A DNA stretch of 41,714 bases from Archangium sp. (GTDB taxonomy: Bacteria > Myxococcota > Myxococcia > Myxococcales > Myxococcaceae), in contig JANLPS010000503.1 of NCBI GenBank assembly GCA_031367385.1, positions 1 to 41,714 on the forward strand, written 5' to 3'. Shown here piece by piece: positions 34,653-41,714 of this stretch (its first letter is position 1; each line of letters starts with the position of its first letter). Under the pieces are notes generated by a model, which searched no databases, was not told where the DNA came from, and was given only the letters and a program-made list of their open reading frames with translations. The translations under genes were made by a program, and so were the position numbers.

Positions 34653-36733
34653 AGAATCGGCGTGCGGCACACGCTCTGATCGCAGGTCAGCCCCTTGCAG
34701 CACTCGCCGCCGCCACCACAGGTCTGCCCTTCGATGCGGCAGCGCTCAGCCGGCGGAGGCGAACAGACCGACGCCCCACCCGTTGCCGGAGGCCTGCAAT
34801 CACCTGAGCAGCACTCGCTCGCGACGCCGCACGAGATGCCGGTCGCGCGGCACGCCCGAGCCGCCCAGTACGCTGAAATACTGGCAGATTTCGGGTTCTG
34901 GCCGGTCATCCAGTAGCCGACTTCGCTGGGGTCTTCGCCAGGCGCAGGGTTCTTCTTGATCGCCGAGATCCAGATCTGCGCGACCTGCGAGCCCTTGCTG
35001 CCCACCTCGGCGTTGCCGTAGTCGCGCCGCGACAAGAACGCGACCCAGTAGTACCCGCCGCTGTCGAACGGTGAGAACCGCGGCTCGTAAGCGAGTCGCT
35101 CTCCGTTGTTGAGCTTGTTCAAGGGCACCACGTTGGTGCCGTCTTTGTTGACCATGAACAGTTGGCCCATGTGATTTTCGTTCGCGTTCGGCGCTGAGCG
35201 AGCAGAGAAACCCAACGAGAAAATCAACCGCTTGGAGTCGGGCGTCCACCCCGGGTAGCTGATCGCCCGCTGCTCGGTCTGGCGGCCGGGCACGTCTTCA
35301 CCGCGCAAGATCGAGCTCGGCGGGCCGAAGGTGTCGGGGCCAGTCACAGCGAGCACGTTCAAGTTGCTGTCTCGGTAGTCGACGCCCCAGTCTCCGGAGT
35401 TCAGAATTCGGGTGTACGCGATGCTCTTGCCGTCGGGCGACCAGGCCGGGTGTGCTGGCTGATCATTGCTCGGCAACCCTGCGCCGCCCGCGGCGACCTC
35501 TTCTCCGGTATGCGGGTCGAGCAGCATCAACCGCGTCGGCCCACCCGTGCTGACCAGCAACCGCGTCTCGTCGGGGTTCCACGTCGAGAACCACCAGCGC
35601 ACCTTCTGGGTCGCGAACAGGCTCGGCGGCGGGTCAGCAGTCAGGTCGCTGGTGAGGTCGAACACCGTGCCGTAGTTGAAGCCTCCTCCCATGCGCGAGG
35701 CCATGTAGCGACCGCTCGGAGAGACCGAGTGGCACCCCACGCACTGGCTGGTGCCGTTCTCTTCGTTCTGCACCGGAGGGGTCGGCAAGAAATTCACCTT
35801 CGCGTTGGTGCCGTCGTCGATGCGGTAGACGCGCGCGTCGTTGATGCCCCAGTAGTAAATGCTGCCGCTCAGCGCGGCCTTGGCGAACTTGAGGTGAATC
35901 GGCTTCGAGGCGATCGCGATGCCAGTCGCTTTGACCCATCGGTCGACCGTGAGCACTGCCGCTTCGTCGGGGCTGCTCTGTGCCAACGCGCGCCACGAGG
36001 CTTGGTCGACCTGCCAGTGGTTGTTGAACCCGTTGCCGCTGTGCAGCTGATAGCTGGTGATCGAAACGCTGCTCTTCGAGAGCGTGACGCGAAACACGTC
36101 GTCCATCACTCCGTTCAGCCATTGCACGTCGACCGGGTAGACGTTCTGCGGCATGACCGCGTTGTCGAGCGGGTACCCGATGTTCGCCGACTCGGCGCCG
36201 ACCGCTTGCACCGCCGTGAAGAGGCTGGGCGCGCTGGTCATCGTCGTCGCGCCGAAGGCCACGCTGGTGATCTTGACGTTCACCGTCGCGTTGCCGACCA
36301 CTGGGCTGCCGTTGACGATCAGCGTCGCTGAGATTTTGACCTGCGCTCCGGTCAGGCCGTTGGTGGTGAACACACCGGTGGTGGGGTCGAGGTCTCCGGC
36401 GACCAGGGTGTCTTGGCCCCACTCGATGCTCGACGGGCTCGTCTTCGAGCCATCACGTCGAACGCCTTGAGCCGTGAACTGCTGCGTCACCCGCTGCCCG
36501 ACCGATGGCGTCAGCGAGACCAGGGCTGGGGTCACCTCGAGCGAGACGATGTCGAACGCTGAAAGCCCGGCGTCGACGCTCGAAACGCCACCGCCGTCTT
36601 TGCCACCGGCCACCACGCCGCCATCGCCTCTGACCGAGCCGTCTGACGAGCCGGTCTGCGTCATCACCGTGTCGACGCAGGTGCAACCACTCAGAACAGC
36701 AACCGAAACCGTGAAAATCAGGCCAAACCGCAT
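34649..36733 (-). CDS. TolB-like (PD40) beta-propeller lipoprotein with Ig-like N-domain, CxxCH motif and Cys-rich C-terminus
   Basis: Start inferred at MRFGLIF (36733), lipobox LSG|C; blades WNPDE, HPAWSPDGKSIAY, PGWTPDSK, PRFSP; CVGCH; two C-x6-C-x5-CC tail repeats. Confidence 0.85.
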   Translation of the reverse strand: MRFGLIFTVSVAVLSGCTCVDTVMTQTGSSDGSVRGDGGVVAGGKDGGGVSSVDAGLSAFDIVSLEVTPALVSLTPSVGQRVTQQFTAQGVRRDGSKTSPSSIEWGQDTLVAGDLDPTTGVFTTNGLTGAQVKISATLIVNGSPVVGNATVNVKITSVAFGATTMTSAPSLFTAVQAVGAESANIGYPLDNAVMPQNVYPVDVQWLNGVMDDVFRVTLSKSSVSITSYQLHSGNGFNNHWQVDQASWRALAQSSPDEAAVLTVDRWVKATGIAIASKPIHLKFAKAALSGSIYYWGINDARVYRIDDGTNAKVNFLPTPPVQNEENGTSQCVGCHSVSPSGRYMASRMGGGFNYGTVFDLTSDLTADPPPSLFATQKVRWWFSTWNPDETRLLVSTGGPTRLMLLDPHTGEEVAAGGAGLPSNDQPAHPAWSPDGKSIAYTRILNSGDWGVDYRDSNLNVLAVTGPDTFGPPSSILRGEDVPGRQTEQRAISYPGWTPDSKRLIFSLGFSARSAPNANENHMGQLFMVNKDGTNVVPLNKLNNGERLAYEPRFSPFDSGGYYWVAFLSRRDYGNAEVGSKGSQVAQIWISAIKKNPAPGEDPSEVGYWMTGQNPKSASISAYWAARACRATGISCGVASECCSGDCRPPATGGASVCSPPPAERCRIEGQTCGGGGECCKGLTCDQSVCRTPIL

Positions 36734-36856
36734 GTGAACCTCACTGCTCTGTTGTCGGCCCCAGGGCTCGGCGAGGTGCGCCGAACTGAAGCACCGCGGG
36801 CGCCCTGTTTTGGCGCTGCGGGCAGACCCTACCCAAGAGTTCTCGATACTTGCAAA

Positions 36857-36872
36857 CGGGCCCAGCCTTGCT
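36857..36872 (+). promoter_or_regulatory. Candidate sigma-54 -24/-12 promoter for the MBL-EBP operon
   Basis: CGGGCCCAGCCTTGCT has GG-N10-GC spacing with TTGC at -12, about 50 bp before the MBL start; the -24 box deviates from TGGCAC. Confidence 0.3.
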
Positions 36873-36922
36873 CCTGCCATTTGTCACGAGGCGATTTCGC
36901 TTCGACCAGGCCAGGAGCCACC

Positions 36923-37765
36923 GTGGACATTCGATTTTGGGGCGTTCGAGGAAGCATTGCGTCGTCGAGCCCGCAGGTCGCCCGAATCGGCGGCAACACC
37001 GCGTGCCTCGAGGTCGAGAGCCAGGGCCACCGGTTGATTCTCGATGCAGGCACCGGCATTCGGGGCCTGGGCGACTCACTGATGGCTCGACAAGCTCACC
37101 ATGAGATGAAGGCGCTCAAGACCACCCTCCTCTTCAGCCACCTGCATTGGGACCACGTGCAGGGTTTCCCCTTCTTTACGCCGGCGTACGTGCCCTCGAC
37201 CGAGCTGACCTTGTACGGGCCCGGCGTCGATGGTGAGCAACGGCTGCGCTCGGTCTTGAGCAAGCAGATGGAGCCCCCCAACTTCCCCGTACCGCTCTCG
37301 ACCATGCGCTCCAAGATGACCTTTCGCAGCGCGCTGCCGAACCAGGTCATCGAGACCGGGCCCTTTCGCATCACCCCGCTCGACCTGCCGCACCCGCAGG
37401 GGTGCCTTGGGTACCTCATCGAGGCCGATGGGCGCCGCTTCGCGTACTGCACCGACGTCGAGCTGAACCTGGCCTCGATGAGCCCGCAGCTGGGCGACGC
37501 GCTCGAAGGTGTCGACGCGCTGGTGCTCGACGCGCAGTACACGCCCGTCGAGTACCAGACCAAACGCGGGTGGGGCCACTCGACGATGATCGACGCCGCC
37601 CACATCGCCCGCGAGGTCGGAGTCGGCCGCCTGTTTCTCTTTCACCACGACCCCGCACACACCGACGAGCAGGTCGACGCGATGAGCGAAGCCGCCAAGC
37701 AGGTCTTTCCCCTCGCTGAGCCAGCTCGGGAAGGGCTGATTTTCACCGCGAGCGCGTCGAGATGA
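36923..37765 (+). CDS. MBL-fold metallo-hydrolase (phosphodiesterase-like, FWGVRGS subfamily)
   Basis: Start inferred at GTG 36923 after AGGAG; FWGVRGS, GGNTAC, LDAGTG, SHLHWDH (HxHxDH), HPQG, DAQY, WGHS, FHHDP. Confidence 0.92.
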   Translation: MDIRFWGVRGSIASSSPQVARIGGNTACLEVESQGHRLILDAGTGIRGLGDSLMARQAHHEMKALKTTLLFSHLHWDHVQGFPFFTPAYVPSTELTLYGPGVDGEQRLRSVLSKQMEPPNFPVPLSTMRSKMTFRSALPNQVIETGPFRITPLDLPHPQGCLGYLIEADGRRFAYCTDVELNLASMSPQLGDALEGVDALVLDAQYTPVEYQTKRGWGHSTMIDAAHIAREVGVGRLFLFHHDPAHTDEQVDAMSEAAKQVFPLAEPAREGLIFTASASR

Positions 37766-39285
37766 TGCTTCAGTCTCGGTTTCGCATGCCGGGCTCTCCC
37801 CATGACTCCACGTCGGCGTTGCTGCCCGTCGACGGGTTGATCGGCCGCGAGGTCAACCTCGACGAGTTCTTGCACGCGCTCGTCGATCGCATCGCGGTGT
37901 CGATGCAGGCCGATCGCGGCACGCTCTACCTGCTCGACCCGAGCCGGCAAGAGCTGTTCAGCCGCGCCGCCTATCTGCCTGAGCTCAAACAGATTCGCTT
38001 GAAGTTGGGTCAAGGCATCGCCGGCACCGTCGCCAAGTCGGGCGAGGCCATCAACATACCGACCGCCAAGAGCGAGCCGCAGTTCAACCCCGACATCGAC
38101 AAGATCACCGGGTACACCACCACCTCGTTGCTCGCCGTACCGCTGGTCGATTCGAGCGGCGCGACGTTCGGCGTCTTGCAGATGCTCAACCGCCAGGGCG
38201 GAGGCCGCTTCGACGACGATGACCAGCGCCGCCTCACCGCGATGGCGGGGCAGCTGAGCCAGGCGCTGCAAGCGACCTCGCTCTTCACCGAGCTCCGCCG
38301 CGCCAAAGAGAGCCCCGCCCAGCCCGTCGGGTACTTCTTCAACAACGTCATCGGCGAGTCAGAGCCGATGCGCGAGCTGTACCGTACGGTGCAGAAGGCA
38401 GCCCAGACCGACGCCACGGTGCTGCTCCGCGGTGAATCAGGCACCGGCAAGGAGCTCTTCGCACGCGCCATTCATGTCAACTCGCGGCGCAAGACCAAGC
38501 CCTTCGTGAAGGTCGATTGCGCGGCGTTGCCGGGGTCGTTGATCGAGAACGAGCTGTTCGGCCACGAGAAGGGCGCGTTCACCGGGGCCGAGGCCCGCCA
38601 GTTGGGCAAGTTCGAAGCGGCCACTGAGGGCACGGTGTTCATCGATGAGCTGGGTGAGCTGCCTTTGCCGGTGCAGGGCAAGCTGCTGCGCGTGCTGCAA
38701 GATCGCCAGTTCGAGCGCGTCGGAGGCACCCAGACCGTCACGGTCGACGTTCGCATCGTCGCCGCCACCCACCGAGACCTCTCGGCGATGGTGAAACGGG
38801 GCACCTTTCGCGAAGATCTCTACTACCGCATCAAGGTCGTCGAGCTACAGCTGGTACCCTTGCGGGAGCGCGGGCCTGAAGACCTCGAGCGGCTGGTGAG
38901 GCATTTCATCGCCGCCGCGGCCAAGCGGCATCACTTACCGCAGGCACCGAAGCTGTCGACCGCCGCGCTCGAACGGCTCAAGGCGTGGCGCTGGCCTGGC
39001 AACGTGCGCGAGCTCGAGAACTGCATCGAGAGCGCGGTGGTGCTGTGTGATGGCGAGGTGCTGCCGCAACATCTGCCCCTGCCACAGGCCGCCGAGGCCT
39101 CGGTGAAGGTCGATGACGCGAGCGAGACGGTGATGACCCTCGCCGACGTCGAGCGCCGGCACATTCTGGGAGTGCTCACCCGCTCCGAGGGCAACAAGTC
39201 GCATGCCGCGAAGCTGCTCGGCATCGGCCGCAATACGCTGACCCGGCGACTGCGCGAGTTCGGCGTCGAAGACAGCGACGAATAG
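37762..39285 (+). CDS. GAF-domain sigma-54 enhancer-binding protein (Fis-type HTH)
   Basis: N-terminal [47 protein letters not shown]-terminal HTH; ATGA overlap with the MBL gene. Confidence 0.96.
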   Translation: MMLQSRFRMPGSPHDSTSALLPVDGLIGREVNLDEFLHALVDRIAVSMQADRGTLYLLDPSRQELFSRAAYLPELKQIRLKLGQGIAGTVAKSGEAINIPTAKSEPQFNPDIDKITGYTTTSLLAVPLVDSSGATFGVLQMLNRQGGGRFDDDDQRRLTAMAGQLSQALQATSLFTELRRAKESPAQPVGYFFNNVIGESEPMRELYRTVQKAAQTDATVLLRGESGTGKELFARAIHVNSRRKTKPFVKVDCAALPGSLIENELFGHEKGAFTGAEARQLGKFEAATEGTVFIDELGELPLPVQGKLLRVLQDRQFERVGGTQTVTVDVRIVAATHRDLSAMVKRGTFREDLYYRIKVVELQLVPLRERGPEDLERLVRHFIAAAAKRHHLPQAPKLSTAALERLKAWRWPGNVRELENCIESAVVLCDGEVLPQHLPLPQAAEASVKVDDASETVMTLADVERRHILGVLTRSEGNKSHAAKLLGIGRNTLTRRLREFGVEDSDE

Positions 39286-40284
39286 TCACTTGGCGAGGAG
39301 CGAGATCTCCGAGTGGGTACCGTCGACCGCCTCGAAGCTCACGCTGGTGCCCTCGGCGTTGTAGCGCGGCGGCTCTCCCGGAGCGCCCGCCACCCCTCGC
39401 AACCAGCTCGGCGACGTCGACAGGTTCTTGTCGCTCTTCATCACCGTCACCAGCCCCACGTCCCACCCTTTGGTGGCTCGGTTGTGCACGGTCGCGACGG
39501 TGCGGGTCTGCCAGGTGGCGCCCGGCTTGATCGCGAAGACCACCACGCTGCGCTCGCAGTCGGCTGAGACGAATCGAAAATCACCCGCTTTGCCGAAGCA
39601 GGGGCCCGCTGCGCTCCACACGGTCGTCTCACCAATGGTGCAGACGAATTGGCATTTCTTGCCCGGCTCCGGAGTCTGGCGGAGCACCGCGCTCCCGTCG
39701 GCAGAGCTCACCGTCCAGTCCAACCCATCGCCCCCTGGCGACGCGGCGACTCCCGACTTCACCGGTTCGGGGCAGCCGATCAACGCCACGTTGAGCGAGT
39801 CTGAGGCGCCGCTGCTCAAGCGGCGCTCGCGCGCCCACGTCTGGGCGACGTTCTTCATCTCGGGCTCGCGGTGGGCGGTCACGTACGCTTCGAGCACGCA
39901 CTGACACCGAAGGTGGCTCGACTTCGACTCGCACGCAGCCAAGAACGGCGCATCGGTGTCACGGGCTTCGACCGGCTTGGCCGGCGCCGGTATCGCTGTG
40001 CCCTTGGCGCAGTTCAGGGCCGAGCCCAGGCCGCAGATGCAACTCAGGGTCAGTGCCAGTGTGTGACCTACCGGCCCGGGCGGAGGCAGCACTTCGATTT
40101 CGCTCAACCAGTACGCCAGGCCGTAAGCTGCGAAGCCGAGCACCCAGCCAAACAGCGCCCCGACGCGCTCCCCCGCTTTCCCCGAATCTTGACCATGCAG
40201 AATGATGCCTCCGGCGACCCCAGCGACGAACATCAGGGCGACGAAAATGCCCAGCCACGCCAACACCCACCAGAAGGTCTTCAT
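39286..40284 (-). CDS. Hypothetical membrane protein (about 3 N-terminal TMs + Cys-containing extracytoplasmic domain)
   Basis: Start inferred at MKTFWWVLAWLG (40284); hydrophobic N-terminus; several Cys residues. Confidence 0.65.
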   Translation of the reverse strand: MKTFWWVLAWLGIFVALMFVAGVAGGIILHGQDSGKAGERVGALFGWVLGFAAYGLAYWLSEIEVLPPPGPVGHTLALTLSCICGLGSALNCAKGTAIPAPAKPVEARDTDAPFLAACESKSSHLRCQCVLEAYVTAHREPEMKNVAQTWARERRLSSGASDSLNVALIGCPEPVKSGVAASPGGDGLDWTVSSADGSAVLRQTPEPGKKCQFVCTIGETTVWSAAGPCFGKAGDFRFVSADCERSVVVFAIKPGATWQTRTVATVHNRATKGWDVGLVTVMKSDKNLSTSPSWLRGVAGAPGEPPRYNAEGTSVSFEAVDGTHSEISLLAK

Positions 40285-40320
40285 GCGGCGCGGAGCATAG
40301 AGCCAACTCCGCTCTTTCAC

Positions 40321-41361
40321 GTGGGCCTCATCACCCTCGCGGTCGGTTTCGTCGTCTTCCTCGCGGTCAGCAGCGTGATCTCGACCCTCAACATCGCCAC
40401 CGGCATTGCCTCGGGGCTGATCACCCTTGCCGGGTGTGCCTTCGTCGCGCTGGCCATCACCGGGCACCAGTGGCGCATCGTGACTGGTGTGAGCCGTATT
40501 TCAGGGCGTGACGTGGGCCTGGGTGCGCTGCTCGCGGTGGCGAACTCACTCTCCGTCGGCGGGTGGCTGAGCACCTTGACGTCGAAGATCTTTCCCCAGT
40601 TCGTGCTCGACCTCTTCGACACCAGCCGCGTGCTCGCCGGCGCGATGTCGAACCCCCTCGAGCACGTCACCGTCGTCGTCGCGGTGGTCGTCTTCGCCCC
40701 GCTGGCCGAAGAGTTTCTCTTTCGCGGCATCTTCTTTCGCGGCCTCACCCAGCGCCTGAGCGTCACCTGGAGCGTGGTCATCAGCGGCGTCATCTTCAGC
40801 GCCTACCACATCGACCCCGTCGGCTTTTTGCCTCGGGTCGAGATCGGAGTGCTGCTCGCCGTGCTGGTGTGGAAGACGGGCTCTTTGTGGCCCGCCATCG
40901 CCGCGCACGCCGCGAACAACGGCCTGGCGGTCGGCTTGATGTACGTCACGGGCGAAGAGACCGACGCCCCGCTGCCGGTGAGCCTCGGGTCATTCGTCGT
41001 GCTCCTCGGGTGCCTGGTGTGGCTCGCTCGGCGGCCCACCGCGCCAGCCCCTGAAGACCCTGCCGCGCCGAGGGCTTCGTTTCTTCGCACCGCCGCACCC
41101 TGGGTCGGAGCGCTCGTGCTGATCGCCGCCTCGGTCGCCGTGTTCGACTGGCGTGGCGTGCAATTGACGAGCGTCGATCTGGGCGCTCCGTTGATTGGCA
41201 AGGGCGATGAGGCTGAAGAAGACGCGTTGCGAGCGTTGCGTGTCTCTGTTCGCCGGGGTGAGGGCGCGCTCGGTGAGTACTCGACGCGACGCAAGCGCTT
41301 GAGCGAGGCGAGGCTCAAGGCCCTCTTCGCGCCGTTGCTCAAGGGTACTTCGAAACCCTGA
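40321..41361 (+). CDS. CPBP family (Abi/CAAX type II) intramembrane metalloprotease
   Basis: EEFLFRG, FSAYH and AHAANN motifs; start (GTG 40321) inferred to avoid overlapping the divergent gene. Confidence 0.88.
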   Translation: MGLITLAVGFVVFLAVSSVISTLNIATGIASGLITLAGCAFVALAITGHQWRIVTGVSRISGRDVGLGALLAVANSLSVGGWLSTLTSKIFPQFVLDLFDTSRVLAGAMSNPLEHVTVVVAVVVFAPLAEEFLFRGIFFRGLTQRLSVTWSVVISGVIFSAYHIDPVGFLPRVEIGVLLAVLVWKTGSLWPAIAAHAANNGLAVGLMYVTGEETDAPLPVSLGSFVVLLGCLVWLARRPTAPAPEDPAAPRASFLRTAAPWVGALVLIAASVAVFDWRGVQLTSVDLGAPLIGKGDEAEEDALRALRVSVRRGEGALGEYSTRRKRLSEARLKALFAPLLKGTSKP

Positions 41362-41392
41362 ACGCTCGACAGGCTTCGGGTATGAAGGGCTG

Positions 41393-41714
41393 ATGCGCGT
41401 GTTGCTCTTGACGGGTCTCGTGGTGGCCTCAGCCTCGATGGCTGATGAAATCGTGAATGATCAACCCTCGGCGAACGAGGTCGGCCGCTTTCAACTGGCC
41501 CGGCTGAGCGACGTGACGCTGAAGCTCGACAGCCGCACCGGCACCAGCTGGGTGCTCTGCCCTCCCGCGAAGAAGGCGACCGCGAAGAACTCGTGGTGCA
41601 AGGTCAAAGACCGAGCGCCCTACCCCGCGGGCCCGGTCGGTCGCTACCGCATCGTCGACGGCTCGCCGGTGATGATGATCGACACCGTCAGCGGCCGCGT
41701 CGTCACCCGCTGCG
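41393..41714 (+). CDS. Hypothetical secreted protein, runs off the window
   Basis: Not in the ORF track. My translation: MRVLLLTGLVVASASMADE... (signal-peptide-like), open to the window end; internal repeat GRFQL..LDSRTG / GRYRI..IDTVSG. Confidence 0.65.
   Translation, partial: MRVLLLTGLVVASASMADEIVNDQPSANEVGRFQLARLSDVTLKLDSRTGTSWVLCPPAKKATAKNSWCKVKDRAPYPAGPVGRYRIVDGSPVMMIDTVSGRVVTRC

Noticed and set aside
39871..40467. Long mutual overlap of the 496-aa and 393-aa ORFs
   Set aside because: Resolved by downstream starts (40321 on +, 40284 on -); the extensions look non-coding

Overview
GC-rich window, almost certainly from a myxobacterium (Myxococcota; gene content and order resemble Myxococcaceae/Archangiaceae). 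The left half is a long minus-strand backbone: DUF4292-like lipoprotein, oppB, oppC, two stand-alone MshEN proteins, oppD, oppF, DUF2085, ECF sigma, zf-HC2 anti-sigma, cpaB, tadB, tadC, FHA/TPR protein, xseA, xseB, ispA, dxs, tlyA. It is interrupted twice: by an LRR lipoprotein gene, and by a 3-gene block between xseA and xseB. The cpaB-tadB-tadC-FHA block resembles the inner-membrane part of the Myxococcus Kil (Tad-like) prey-killing apparatus, but no pilin, secretin or ATPase genes are present here. The right half holds an ExbB/ExbD pair, a steroid-5-alpha-reductase-like gene plus an alpha/beta hydrolase, and a divergent AarF/UbiB-mlaF1-mlaE1-mlaE2-mlaF2-[insert]-mlaD operon. It ends with a TolB-like CxxCH lipoprotein, an MBL hydrolase + GAF sigma-54 activator pair and a CPBP protease. 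Most notable: (i) the two MCE ATPases carry complementary degenerate motifs, predicting an asymmetric heterodimer with one active and one dead ATP site, and the operon starts with a UbiB-family gene; (ii) a 21-bp in-frame tandem repeat ending in a REP-like palindrome sits inside mlaF1; (iii) a ~180-bp nested inverted-repeat element lies between the inserted gene and mlaD. No tRNA, rRNA, CRISPR, transposase or integrase could be supported. All family assignments come from motif recognition by eye, not database searches.
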